From assembly GCA_020348885.1 (NCBI GenBank), contig CP070755.1, positions 1,532,196 through 1,594,646 on the forward strand: 62,451 nt of DNA, in the 5' to 3' direction. Below the pieces are notes generated by a model. It saw only the letters and a program-made list of their open reading frames with translations, did not search any database and was not told where the DNA came from. Position 1 is the first letter of the stretch, and each line of letters opens with the position of its first letter. The position numbers and the translations under genes were made by a program. This document shows, piece by piece, positions 9,708 through 19,000 of this stretch. The stretch comes from Candidatus Coatesbacteria bacterium. GTDB taxonomy: Bacteria > RBG-13-66-14 > B26-G2 > WVWN01 > G020348885.

Positions 9708-10301
9708 TTATTTCACCGGCTTTTCCTTACCCCCCAACGTCAACAACGGGCATATTCTCCGTTCGCTGCCGAAGTTGCAACAGACAGTACTATTGACCCA
9801 GAACAGCGCTAGCGCGATAACGAACACGATAAAATATACGAGTTTCCCGAACGTAAATCCGCTGTATAAATAATAAACGTACGATGCTGTCGGTAGAACC
9901 GAATACCATATCGACCAGAAATATACCTTGACACGATTTCCGGCTTCGACGTTGCCCGAGCCGAAACTATACATTGCCGCCGACAACTTCCCAAGGCCGA
10001 AGGGACACCACCGCTCGAAATAGCCGCAGTGCGTACACGTTACCCACGGCGCGACGATTAAAAGATAAAGTAATATACCGCCTAAGTATGAAACGGCAAT
10101 AACGCCGCCCCACAAATCGAACAGCCCCCAAAATCCGACCGCCGGCGGAATCGCCAATATGAGGATATTAACGACCGTCCGCCATACGGGAAACCCGGGG
10201 CCGTCGTCCCGGCGTCGCTTCCTTACGTACTTTTCGTGTTTTACCATCCGGAAACCCGAATCATTTCCGTTATCCGTCGGCTTCGTCCAGCAAAGTTTCA
10301 A
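9708..10301 (-). CDS. Hypothetical 4-TM membrane protein with Cys clusters
   Basis: Four hydrophobic segments; CTHCGYFERWCPFG and CCNFGSERRICP. The true start may be the later MVKHEK. Confidence 0.65.
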   Translation of the reverse strand: MKLCWTKPTDNGNDSGFRMVKHEKYVRKRRRDDGPGFPVWRTVVNILILAIPPAVGFWGLFDLWGGVIAVSYLGGILLYLLIVAPWVTCTHCGYFERWCPFGLGKLSAAMYSFGSGNVEAGNRVKVYFWSIWYSVLPTASYVYYLYSGFTFGKLVYFIVFVIALALFWVNSTVCCNFGSERRICPLLTLGGKEKPVK

Positions 10302-10980
10302 TTTTCCTGAAATCGGTATATATCTGCTCTTTATACGCTGGGAAACGAAGCGCCGCGGCCGTATGGTACGTCGGGAGTACTTTCAAGCCGTCAACGTCGA
10401 ATACCTCGCCGCGAACTTTAGCCATAGGTTTTTTCGTATCCAGCAACAACTGGGTGGCGTGTAAACCCAGCGTAATAATTAAGTCGGGCGCGATTAACTT
10501 CATCTGGCGCTGTAGAAAGGGAAGGCAAGCGTCAACCTCTTCCGGCGCCGGGTCTCGGTTCTCCGGCGGCCGGCACTTTAATACGTTGGTTATATACACC
10601 TCGCCCCGGCGCAGTCCAACTTCCTCCAACAACCGGTCCAACAGCTTCCCCGCCCTGCCGACGAAAGGCAACCCCTGTTTATCTTCTTCCGCCCCGGGTG
10701 CTTCGCCTATAAACATCACCCGCGCGTCGATATCGCCATCGCCGTAAACCGCGTTCGTCCTCGTATTATACAGCGTACACGCTCTGCAATCCTCGCAGCG
10801 CACGGCTTCGGACGCGAGTAACTCCTTTTTATCCCCTTCCGGACTGGGTACCGAACCTCTGGGTTCGTTCGCTTTGTCGAACAAAGAAGCCGCTCCTTCT
10901 CTCAGATACACCTCGCGTACGCCGATAGCCGAAAGACTTTCCGCGACCGCTTCGAGGATCTCCTTTTTCCTATTGTCCAT
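10270..10980 (-). CDS. udg: Uracil-DNA glycosylase family 4
   Basis: C..C.LY.TRTNAVYGDG, GEAPG.EED..G.PFVGRAGKLL, NVLKCRPPENRDP, C.PFL..Q, TYHTAA. Confidence 0.95.
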   Translation of the reverse strand: MDNRKKEILEAVAESLSAIGVREVYLREGAASLFDKANEPRGSVPSPEGDKKELLASEAVRCEDCRACTLYNTRTNAVYGDGDIDARVMFIGEAPGAEEDKQGLPFVGRAGKLLDRLLEEVGLRRGEVYITNVLKCRPPENRDPAPEEVDACLPFLQRQMKLIAPDLIITLGLHATQLLLDTKKPMAKVRGEVFDVDGLKVLPTYHTAAALRFPAYKEQIYTDFRKIETLLDEADG

Positions 10981-10987
10981 CTCGAAG

Positions 10988-12172
10988 CTATTTGTTTAGT
11001 ATAACGGCGATCTCGTCCATAACCAACTCGGCGAGTTCCGATTTGGATACGACGCCGACGCTATTAACCCTGCCGTCCGACCCGATTACTAAAGCGTCTA
11101 TTGTATCCGTGCCAAACCCGGGCTCGCCGCCCACCCGGTTGGCGACGATTACGTCCAGGTGTTTCGCCGCCATCTTACGCCGGGCTTCCCCTTCGATATC
11201 GTTTCCCGTCTCGGCCGCGAAACCAACTAGTACCTTGTCACCCTTCGCCGAACCGATTTCGGCGAGTATGTCCTGGTTAGGGACGAGTTTTACCTCCGCC
11301 GGCATATCGCCCTTCTTGACCTTATCGGCGCTATAATCGGCCGGGCGGAAGTCGGCGACGGCCGCCGACATGATTATCGCTTCGTACTCCGGCGCGAGTT
11401 CTAACGCCGCCTCGCGCATCTCCTCGGCCGTGTTCACCCGGGTAACGGTTACCGTCGACGGTAAATAAACATCGTTTTCGGCGGCGGTGACGAGGTTTAC
11501 GAACGCGCCCCGCCGGGCGGCCGCCCGCGCCAGATCGTACCCCATCTTCCCCGACGACCGGTTCCCGAGGTAACGAACCGGGTCAAGCGGTTCCCGCGTC
11601 CCGCCGCCGGTAACGAGTACCTTCCGCCGCGCGAGGTCTTTGGCGGGCCAGACGACCCGCATTACCTCTTCGAATACGTACTCGACCGGCGCCAGGCGCC
11701 CGCGTCCCTCGTCGCCGCAGGCCAAACTCCCAGCCTCGGCGTGTACTACAACGTAACCGAGGGCTTCCAGGCTGGCCATGTTCCGGGCGTTCGCCGTGTG
11801 TTCGTACATACGCACGTTCATAGCCGGCGCGAACACGACCGGAACCCGGGACGCCGCAGCGATAACCGTCGAGAGGGCGTCGTCGGCGATTCCGGCGGCC
11901 GCTTTAGCGATGGTATTGGCCGTCGCCGGCGCGACGACAACCGCCGACGCGTCCTCAATAAGCTCGATGTGGGCGTACGGCGACGGATCGTCGAAGAGGT
12001 CCGTAACGGGCCGGTTACCGGTCAACGCGTGCATCAGCTTCGGCCCGAGTAGTTCCGCGCCGGCCCGAGTCATCACCGGATGGACGGACGCGCCGGCGTG
12101 GACGAGCATCCGGGTCAACTCGGCCCCCTTATAAGCCGCGGCGCTTCCCGTTATACCGAGGATGATTTTCAT
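10988..12172 (-). CDS. coaBC: Bifunctional phosphopantothenoylcysteine decarboxylase/synthase
   Basis: ILGITGSAAAYK, APATANTIAK, PAMN..M, TGGGTREPLDPVRYLGNRSSGKMG, VGFAAET. Confidence 0.97.
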   Translation of the reverse strand: MKIILGITGSAAAYKGAELTRMLVHAGASVHPVMTRAGAELLGPKLMHALTGNRPVTDLFDDPSPYAHIELIEDASAVVVAPATANTIAKAAAGIADDALSTVIAAASRVPVVFAPAMNVRMYEHTANARNMASLEALGYVVVHAEAGSLACGDEGRGRLAPVEYVFEEVMRVVWPAKDLARRKVLVTGGGTREPLDPVRYLGNRSSGKMGYDLARAAARRGAFVNLVTAAENDVYLPSTVTVTRVNTAEEMREAALELAPEYEAIIMSAAVADFRPADYSADKVKKGDMPAEVKLVPNQDILAEIGSAKGDKVLVGFAAETGNDIEGEARRKMAAKHLDVIVANRVGGEPGFGTDTIDALVIGSDGRVNSVGVVSKSELAELVMDEIAVILNK

Positions 12173-12182
12173 ACACGTATAG

Positions 12183-12806
12183 CTATATTATATCAGATAC
12201 CAACAAGCGTTCCGCCCGGATAATCCCTTCCGCGTCCCGGACGCACGTATCCAGGTCGTCGTTTATCAGGTAGTACTTGAACTCGACGTAGCGTGCCAGT
12301 TCCGCCTCCGCGTTCTTGATGCGCGTCGCCAGCACTTCGGGCGAATCGGTACCCCGGCGCCGGAGCCGCTCAACCAGTACGTCTAAGGTCGGCGTTATAA
12401 TGAATATCGTCGCGGCGCGGTCGCGGTACGCCTCACTAATCTGCGCGGCCCCCTGCACGTCTATGTCCAGCAACACGTCCAGGCCGGCGGACGTTTTCTC
12501 GTCCACGAAAGCTCTGGACGTTCCGTACCGGTGGTTGTGAACAACGGCTTGTTCGGCGAACGCGCCGTCCCGGCTCAGGTTTTCGAACTCCTCGTCGCTC
12601 ACGAAGAAGTAGTCCTCGCCTTCGGTTTCGCCGTCGCGCTTCGGCCGGGTAGTGTGGGATACCGAAAACACCAGCCCGTCAACCCGTTCCATCAACATCC
12701 GGCAAACCGTCGTTTTGCCCGCGCCCGACGGGCCGGAGAAGACGAACAACTTCCCGGTTCGCGGTTTCGCCAGCGCGGCGAATATATCGAGCCCGTTCTC
12801 GTCCAT
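12183..12806 (-). CDS. gmk: Guanylate kinase
   Basis: SGPSGAGKTT, SVSHTTRPKRDGE.EGEDYFF, YGT, LDIDVQGA. Confidence 0.97.
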   Translation of the reverse strand: MDENGLDIFAALAKPRTGKLFVFSGPSGAGKTTVCRMLMERVDGLVFSVSHTTRPKRDGETEGEDYFFVSDEEFENLSRDGAFAEQAVVHNHRYGTSRAFVDEKTSAGLDVLLDIDVQGAAQISEAYRDRAATIFIITPTLDVLVERLRRRGTDSPEVLATRIKNAEAELARYVEFKYYLINDDLDTCVRDAEGIIRAERLLVSDII

Positions 12807-12816
12807 CGATTACGCG

Positions 12817-13461
12817 CTACCCCGAAATAAACGCCTGCAGCGCTTCCTCCAACCCGGGGGCCGTACGGAACACCTTGAACGGTTCCGTCGTAGCGTCCGC
12901 TATTCCCGACGGTCCGTCGGTCGCGGGCGGGCCGTCCACTGCTACCTCGGCGGCGTCGCGTACGACCTGTTCCACGTCGGCCAGCGTTCGCGGAGGTTCA
13001 GTATCCGCCGTGTTGGCGCTGGTCGAGAATATCGGCCCCACCGCGGCCGCAACCCGGTTTATAAACCCATCGGGTACCACGCGCAGCGCCACTTTCCCGG
13101 CCGGACAAGTTAATTTCTCGTCCGTCTGGGCCCGCGGGTTAAATAAAAACGTCACCGGCTTCCCGTACGCTTCCGCGAACGCCGCCGGTCGCGACGTATC
13201 GTCTTCGGTAAAAGCCGACGCAGCATCCCAGTAGGGCAATAATATTATAAACGGCCCCTCGCGCCCTTTCACCGCGGCGAGCTTATCGAAAGGCGTCCGC
13301 CAGACCTCCCGGCACGGCATACCCGGTTGGTAGACCAAGGCCGCAAGGCCGTAAACCGTGTCCGTCGGCGTTATGGCCAGTCCCCCGTTCAATAACGCCT
13401 TTGCCGTTTCTTTCGCCGCTTCCTTCTCCCCCACTTCTTCTATATTTATCGGATAGCCCAT
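12817..13461 (-). CDS. tsaC: L-threonylcarbamoyladenylate synthase (YrdC/Sua5 domain)
   Basis: TPTDTVYGL, K.R, VALRV, PIFSTSAN; no Sua5 C-terminal domain. Confidence 0.85.
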   Translation of the reverse strand: MGYPINIEEVGEKEAAKETAKALLNGGLAITPTDTVYGLAALVYQPGMPCREVWRTPFDKLAAVKGREGPFIILLPYWDAASAFTEDDTSRPAAFAEAYGKPVTFLFNPRAQTDEKLTCPAGKVALRVVPDGFINRVAAAVGPIFSTSANTADTEPPRTLADVEQVVRDAAEVAVDGPPATDGPSGIADATTEPFKVFRTAPGLEEALQAFISG

Positions 13462-13973
13462 TATTCCGCTGGATTTCCTTTTACCTTCTTTTCGAGTTCG
13501 GCGTCCTTCTCGGCCACTTTCGCCGCCCTAGCGCGGCGGTATTCGATAATTGCTTCCTTTGTCTCCGGATACTTCAACCCCAGAATCTCGGCCGCCAGAA
13601 CCGCCGCGTTTACGGCGCCGGCTTTCCCGACGGCGACCACCGCGACCGGAATACCGCCCGGCATCTGTACCGACGACAGGAGCGCGTCCAGGCCGTCGAG
13701 GGCGCCGCTGGGCAGGGGAACGGCGATTACGGGCAACGTCGTGTGGGCCGCAATCACGCCGGCAAGGTGCGCCGCCATCCCGGCGCCGGCGATTATAACC
13801 TCGACTCCTCGCTTCTCGGCCCCTTCGCCGAACTCACGGACAACGTCCGGCGTACGGTGAGCCGACGCGACCCTGAACTCGCTTTCGATGCCGAGTTCGT
13901 CCAGAACCGCAAGGGTTATCTTCATTACGTCATAGTCCGAATCGCTGCCGATTACTACGCCGACCTTGGCCAT
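13461..13973 (-). CDS. purE: N5-CAIR mutase PurE
   Basis: GSDSD, SAHRTP, AGAGMAAHLAG, LLSSVQMPGGIPVA. Confidence 0.97.
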   Translation of the reverse strand: MAKVGVVIGSDSDYDVMKITLAVLDELGIESEFRVASAHRTPDVVREFGEGAEKRGVEVIIAGAGMAAHLAGVIAAHTTLPVIAVPLPSGALDGLDALLSSVQMPGGIPVAVVAVGKAGAVNAAVLAAEILGLKYPETKEAIIEYRRARAAKVAEKDAELEKKVKGNPAE

Positions 13974-15268
13974 TACACGTCCCCCTCGTCGTTCCTCGCG
14001 AGAGCCTTGTACGCTATGTCTTTCCTGTAGTAGATATCCTTATAATCGATTTTCCGTACGGCGGTGTATGCTTTCTTCACCGCTTTCGCGATGTCGCCCC
14101 CGATGGCCGTTACGCCCAGTACCCTCCCGCCGGCGGTTACGACCTTATCGCCGTCGAGCTTCGTTCCCGCGTGATATACGATTATATCCGGGTCGTCAAC
14201 CAGCGCGTCCAATCCCGATATCGGGAACCCCTTTTTGTATTCGCCCGGGTACCCGCCGGATACTGTTACGACGGTAACGGCGGCCCGGCGGTTCCACTCC
14301 AACTCCGTGTCGCGCAGATTTCCGGCGGCGGTCTTCGCGCACAGTTCGTAGAAGTCCGATTTCAGGAGCGGCAAAACCACCTGGGTTTCCGGGTCGCCGA
14401 AGCGGCAGTTGAACTCGAGTACCTTCGGTCCCTCGAAGTCGAACATCAATCCCGCGTACAGTGCGCCCGAATACGTCGCCCCCGCGTCGGCCAGGGCTTT
14501 AATAGTAGGTTTCAACACCTGGTTTTCGATCTTCCTCAGGGTTTCGTCGTCCACGACCGGCGCCGGCGCGTACGCGCCCATACCGCCGGTGTTCGGTCCC
14601 TCATCGCCGTCATACACGCGCTTGTGGTCTTGCGACGGTATCATCGAAACCACGTTTTCGCCGTCGGTTACGGCCAGGATCGACGCTTCCTCGCCGGTCA
14701 GATAATCTTCTATAAGCACGCGTTTTCCGGAGTCGCCGAACTTTCCTTCCTCCAGGGCAGCTCCGGCGGCGGCCACCGCTTCCTCCTCGGTCACGGCGAT
14801 CGTAACACCTTTACCGGCGGCCAGCCCGTCGGCTTTCACGACCACCGGCGCGCCCATCTCGGCGATACAGCGTTTCGCGTCGTCGAGGGTTTCGCAGGGG
14901 TACGCGTCGGCCGTCGGTACGCCGGCGTCCAACATCAACTCCTTCGCGAAAACCTTCGAGCCCTCTACCTGCGCCGCGGCGGCCGTCGGGCCGAACACGG
15001 GCAGCCCGGCCGCTTGAAACTCATCCACTATCCCGGCGACCAGCGGCGCTTCGGGGCCAACAACGGTTAGGTCTATACTCTTTTTACTCGCGAAGTCCCG
15101 CAGCGCCGGTATATCCCCGTCGCCGATATCTACGTTCTCTGCGAAGGACGCTGTACCCGCGTTCCCCGGCGCCGCATACACCTTTCCGACGCCGTCGGAT
15201 TGATACAGCGCCAGGACCAGAGCGTGCTCCCGGCCGCCGCCGCCCACCACCAATACCTTGTCGCCCAT
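13973..15268 (-). CDS. purD: Phosphoribosylamine-glycine ligase
   Basis: VLVVGGGGREHAL, APGNAG, KADGLAAGKGV, QDHKR..DGD.GPNTGGMGAY, EFNCRFGDPETQ. Start set at ATG 15268. Confidence 0.97.
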   Translation of the reverse strand: MGDKVLVVGGGGREHALVLALYQSDGVGKVYAAPGNAGTASFAENVDIGDGDIPALRDFASKKSIDLTVVGPEAPLVAGIVDEFQAAGLPVFGPTAAAAQVEGSKVFAKELMLDAGVPTADAYPCETLDDAKRCIAEMGAPVVVKADGLAAGKGVTIAVTEEEAVAAAGAALEEGKFGDSGKRVLIEDYLTGEEASILAVTDGENVVSMIPSQDHKRVYDGDEGPNTGGMGAYAPAPVVDDETLRKIENQVLKPTIKALADAGATYSGALYAGLMFDFEGPKVLEFNCRFGDPETQVVLPLLKSDFYELCAKTAAGNLRDTELEWNRRAAVTVVTVSGGYPGEYKKGFPISGLDALVDDPDIIVYHAGTKLDGDKVVTAGGRVLGVTAIGGDIAKAVKKAYTAVRKIDYKDIYYRKDIAYKALARNDEGDV

Positions 15269-15341
15269 TCTAGTTATACCCCCGCTCGTTAAGCGCAATT
15301 GTACCGATTATTTTCACTGAATTATAAATACATACTTCAAT

Positions 15342-15438
15342 TAATGCTTGAAGTGGCGGCGCCCGGCGAAGACCATCGCAACGCCGTAGTCGTTAGCTAC
15401 TTTAATAGCGTCCTCGTCGCGTTTGGAACCGCCCGGCT
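15342..15438 (-). repeat. 97 bp direct-repeat copy of the purH 3' end (other copy 16946-17042)
   Basis: Manual alignment at offset 1604 shows one mismatch (15389 G vs 16993 T). The copy encodes ...[31 protein letters not shown]-stop. Confidence 0.95.
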
Positions 15439-15470
15439 CGATTTAAAATGGTGCCCTGCTTATAACGGAG

Positions 15471-16877
15471 TTATTTGTTCTTTAGCTCTTCCGCCTTTTC
15501 GTAGCATTCGGCTGCTTCCGATAACCGGTTTAACTCTTCTAGCACATCCGACTTACCGTACCACGCTTCCGCGAAATACGGATCGAGCTTCAACGCTTGT
15601 TCTTGGCACTCTAGCGCTTCTTCGTATTTACCCTGACAATACAAAGCCAATCCCTTATGATTCCAGGCTTCTTTAAAACCCGGTTCTAGTTCTAAAGCCC
15701 GGTCGGAGCACTCTATCGCTTCGTCGTACCCGCCCAGGCAGACCAAAAAACCCGCTTTATTTGACCAGGCACCAACGTATTCCGGGTCGAGTTCCAAAGT
15801 GCGATCGAAGCACTCAATAGCTTCTTCGTAATTATCCAAACCGCCCAGGGTAATCCCTTTGCCGTTCCAGGCCCGTACGTATTCCGGGTCTAACTCCAAC
15901 GCCCTATCGTAACATACTAGCGCTTCGTTATACCTACCAAGACCGTATAGAGTGAAACCTTTATTGTTCCAGGCGTCGACGTATTCCGGGTCAAGTTCCA
16001 ACGCGCGGTCGCAGCACTTTATCGCTTCGTCGTGTTTGCCCAGGTATAAAAGGGCGACCCCTTTGCCGTTCCAGGCTTCAACGAATTCCGCGTCGAGTTC
16101 CAATGCCCGGTCGCAACACTTTATCGCTTCTTCGTGTTTGCCTAGAGAGAAAAGGGCGACCCCTTTGCCGTTCCAGGCTTCAACGAATTCCGGGTCGAGT
16201 TCCAACGCCCGGTCGCAACATTCTATCGCTTCGTTGTGTCTTCCTAGATCGGATAAAGTTTCCACCTTTAAGTACCACCACCCTCTAACCTGTGCCGTGT
16301 CGAGTTCCAACGCCCTGTCCCAGCAATTTATCGCTTCGTCGTACTTAGCCAGTTCGGCTAGGGCTAACCCTTTGTTGTTCCAGGCCATAACGTATCTCGG
16401 GTCAACCTCTAACGCGCGGTTGTAGCACTCAATCGCTTCGTCGTGTTTGCCCAGGTCGTAAAGGGCGAATCCTTTGCCGTTCCAGGCTTCAACTAATTCG
16501 GCGTCAAGTTCCAACGCCCGGTCGAAACACCCTATAGCCTCATCGTACTTGCCCAAGCCCCAAAGAGCTCCACCTTTACCTCCCCAGGCGTTAACGTGTT
16601 TCGGGTCGAGTGCCAACGCGCTGTCGTAACACTCTATAGCTTCGTCATACTTGGCCAAGCCGAACAGGATTCCGGCTTTACCTGCCCAGGCATCAACGTA
16701 TTCAGGGTTTAACTCCAACGTGTAATCGAGGCATTCTATCGCTTGTACGTATTCGCCCTCTTCGTAAAACGCAACGGCCTTATCAAACCACTCTTCCGCT
16801 TCGTCTTCCGACTCGCCCGAAACGCTACCTGTAACCAAGGTCAACGCTAAGATTGTAAGTAGTGTTTTACCGTTCAT
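15471..16877 (-). CDS. Secreted TPR-repeat protein (about 12 tandem 34-aa repeats)
   Basis: Signal peptide MNGKTLLTILALTLVTGSVSG after GGAGG; repeats AWN.KG..L..LG.YDEAI.C.DRALELDP; near-identical 102 bp DNA repeats. Confidence 0.93.
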   Translation of the reverse strand: MNGKTLLTILALTLVTGSVSGESEDEAEEWFDKAVAFYEEGEYVQAIECLDYTLELNPEYVDAWAGKAGILFGLAKYDEAIECYDSALALDPKHVNAWGGKGGALWGLGKYDEAIGCFDRALELDAELVEAWNGKGFALYDLGKHDEAIECYNRALEVDPRYVMAWNNKGLALAELAKYDEAINCWDRALELDTAQVRGWWYLKVETLSDLGRHNEAIECCDRALELDPEFVEAWNGKGVALFSLGKHEEAIKCCDRALELDAEFVEAWNGKGVALLYLGKHDEAIKCCDRALELDPEYVDAWNNKGFTLYGLGRYNEALVCYDRALELDPEYVRAWNGKGITLGGLDNYEEAIECFDRTLELDPEYVGAWSNKAGFLVCLGGYDEAIECSDRALELEPGFKEAWNHKGLALYCQGKYEEALECQEQALKLDPYFAEAWYGKSDVLEELNRLSEAAECYEKAEELKNK

Positions 16878-16944
16878 TTCGCCTCCTTTGTTCAATATTC
16901 TCCGGATAAACGGTATACGCTATAAAATATCGCCGGATAATAAA

Positions 16945-18483
16945 CTAATGCTTGAAGTGGCGGCGCCCGGCGAAGACCATCGCAACGCCGTATTCGTTAG
17001 CTACTTTAATAGCGTCCTCGTCGCGTTTGGAACCGCCCGGCTGGATTATCGCGGTTATCCCCGCTTTACATGCTTCATCAGGCCCGTCGGACATCGGAAA
17101 GAAACCATCGGACGCGAGAACCGAGCCCTTAACCGCGTCTCCAGCCCGCTTCAGCGCCGCCAGCGTCGGCCAGAGCCGGTTTACCGAACCGCCGCCGATA
17201 CCGAGGGTAACGCCGTCTTTCGCCACTACTATAGCGTTCGAACGAACGTGTTTCACCACCGCGTACGCGAACAGCAGGTCGGCCCTTTCCTCTTCCGCCG
17301 GCTCCCTCTCGGTAACCACCTCCCAGCCAGCGACCAGATCGCCGGCGTCGCGCTCCTGGGCTATAAAACCGCCGAGGGCCGATTTTAACTCAACTCTGGC
17401 TGCCGGGTAAAGCCCTTTGAATATCCTGAACTTCTCGCACCATTTCTTGGCCGTCGAGAGGTATTCGACCACCCCATCTTCGTATTCCGGCGCTGCTACG
17501 CAGTGGAAGAACGTACCTTTCACCATCGCCGCTTCCGCGGCGGCCACGTCCACGGGCCGGTTAAACGCGACTATCCCGCCGTAAGCGCTCATCGGGTCGG
17601 CCTGCCACGCCCGGGTAAATGCGTCCGCGAGGGTGTCGGCGACGGCAGCGCCGCAAGGACTGCCGTGTTTCACGATTACCGCCACTGGGCGCTCGACGAA
17701 CTCGGCGGCGCAGGCCATCGCGCCGTCCAAATCGTAAATATTATTATATGACGGCTTCGGCCCGTTCAACTGCTCCAAAGGCATTTCGCGGTCGGTTCCC
17801 GGTACGTAGAACGCGCCCTTTTGGTGTGGGTTTTCGCCGTAAACCGGCTCAAGCGCCTTATTAAGCGATAGCACGTAACTATCTGGCAATACTACGTTAG
17901 GTTCAGCAAGCTTCCGGAAGTGCGCGCTTATCGCCGCGTCGTACGCGGCGGTTCGCTGGAACGCGGCCAGCGCGAGTTCCGCCCGCCACCCCGCCGTATC
18001 CTCGGCGGACGCTAAACGCTCGAGAGCGTTTTCGTATTGGCCGGGATCACAGAGTACGACGACCTCTTCGTGGTTCTTCGCGGCGGCCCGCAAAAGGGTT
18101 ACCCCGCCTATGTCTATTTCTTCTATAATCTCACTTTCACTTTTCCCGGCGGCGACAGCTTCTTCGAAAGGATAAAGATTACAGCAAACCAGGCCTATTG
18201 GTTTGATACCGTGTTCCAGAAGCTCGTCCAGGTGATCGTCGCGCGCCAAGATACCTCCCGCGATAACGGGGTGTAAGGTTTTGACCCGACCGTCGAGAAT
18301 CTCGGGGTGGCCGGTTACCTCAGCGACCTCGACGGCTTTCAAGCCCGCTTCGTGTAAAACCGTCGCGGTTCCGCCGGTGCTGACGACAGCCCAGCCGAGG
18401 TCTGCGAGCCCCCGGGCCAATTCGACGACACCTGTCTTGTCGGCGACCGAGATTAGCGCGAGTTTACGATTCGTTTTAGCCAT
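16945..18483 (-). CDS. purH: Bifunctional AICAR transformylase/IMP cyclohydrolase
   Basis: ALISVADK.G, STGGT, GRVKTLHP, IDIGG..LLRAAAKN, YGENPHQ, KH..PCG, ASDGFFP, IIQPGGSKRD, RHFKH. Confidence 0.97.
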   Translation of the reverse strand: MAKTNRKLALISVADKTGVVELARGLADLGWAVVSTGGTATVLHEAGLKAVEVAEVTGHPEILDGRVKTLHPVIAGGILARDDHLDELLEHGIKPIGLVCCNLYPFEEAVAAGKSESEIIEEIDIGGVTLLRAAAKNHEEVVVLCDPGQYENALERLASAEDTAGWRAELALAAFQRTAAYDAAISAHFRKLAEPNVVLPDSYVLSLNKALEPVYGENPHQKGAFYVPGTDREMPLEQLNGPKPSYNNIYDLDGAMACAAEFVERPVAVIVKHGSPCGAAVADTLADAFTRAWQADPMSAYGGIVAFNRPVDVAAAEAAMVKGTFFHCVAAPEYEDGVVEYLSTAKKWCEKFRIFKGLYPAARVELKSALGGFIAQERDAGDLVAGWEVVTEREPAEEERADLLFAYAVVKHVRSNAIVVAKDGVTLGIGGGSVNRLWPTLAALKRAGDAVKGSVLASDGFFPMSDGPDEACKAGITAIIQPGGSKRDEDAIKVANEYGVAMVFAGRRHFKH

Positions 18484-18997
18484 TTGTTTTAATCACCCTA
18501 ATATCCACCCCGGCTTCACCCAGGAACGCCGGGCCGAGCGGGTCCGGGTACTCCTCGGAACATACCACGTGGGCGACGCCCGCGTTTATAAGCATCTTGG
18601 CGCAGATGATACACGGTGTTCCGCCGAAGATATAAATGGTGCTATCGGCCGAAGAGACGCCGTTGCGGGCACACTGGATAAGGCAATTCTGCTCGGCGTG
18701 GAGCCCCCGACATATCTCGTGCCGTTCGCCCGACGGGACATCCAGTAGCTTCCGTACGCAGAACGGGCAATGCTCGATTCCCGACGGCGCGCCGTTGTAT
18801 CCCGTCGCCAGGATAAGCCGGTCGCGGACGAGAACCGAGCCGACCTGCCGGCTGAGACACGTGGACCGCTCGGAGACCAGTTCCGCTATCCGCATGAAGT
18901 ACTCGTCCCAGCCAATGCGGCCGCGCGTGGCCGGGTCCGGTGTTTCGGCTACCCCCGCGGTCTCGAGTAGTATTTTTATGTCGTCGGGCAGATCCAC
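18476..18997 (-). CDS. dCMP deaminase / ComEB family
   Basis: WDEYFM.IA.LV..RSTC..RQVG.V.V, GYNGAP, HAEQN, PC..C.KMLINAG. Confidence 0.93.
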   Translation of the reverse strand: MDLPDDIKILLETAGVAETPDPATRGRIGWDEYFMRIAELVSERSTCLSRQVGSVLVRDRLILATGYNGAPSGIEHCPFCVRKLLDVPSGERHEICRGLHAEQNCLIQCARNGVSSADSTIYIFGGTPCIICAKMLINAGVAHVVCSEEYPDPLGPAFLGEAGVDIRVIKTNG

Positions 18998-19000
18998 GCG

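Noticed and set aside
15299-15676. Plus-strand ORFs 15299-15676 and 16888-17388 sharing [14 protein letters not shown]
   Set aside because: Both are antisense translations of the duplicated purH tail, not genes.
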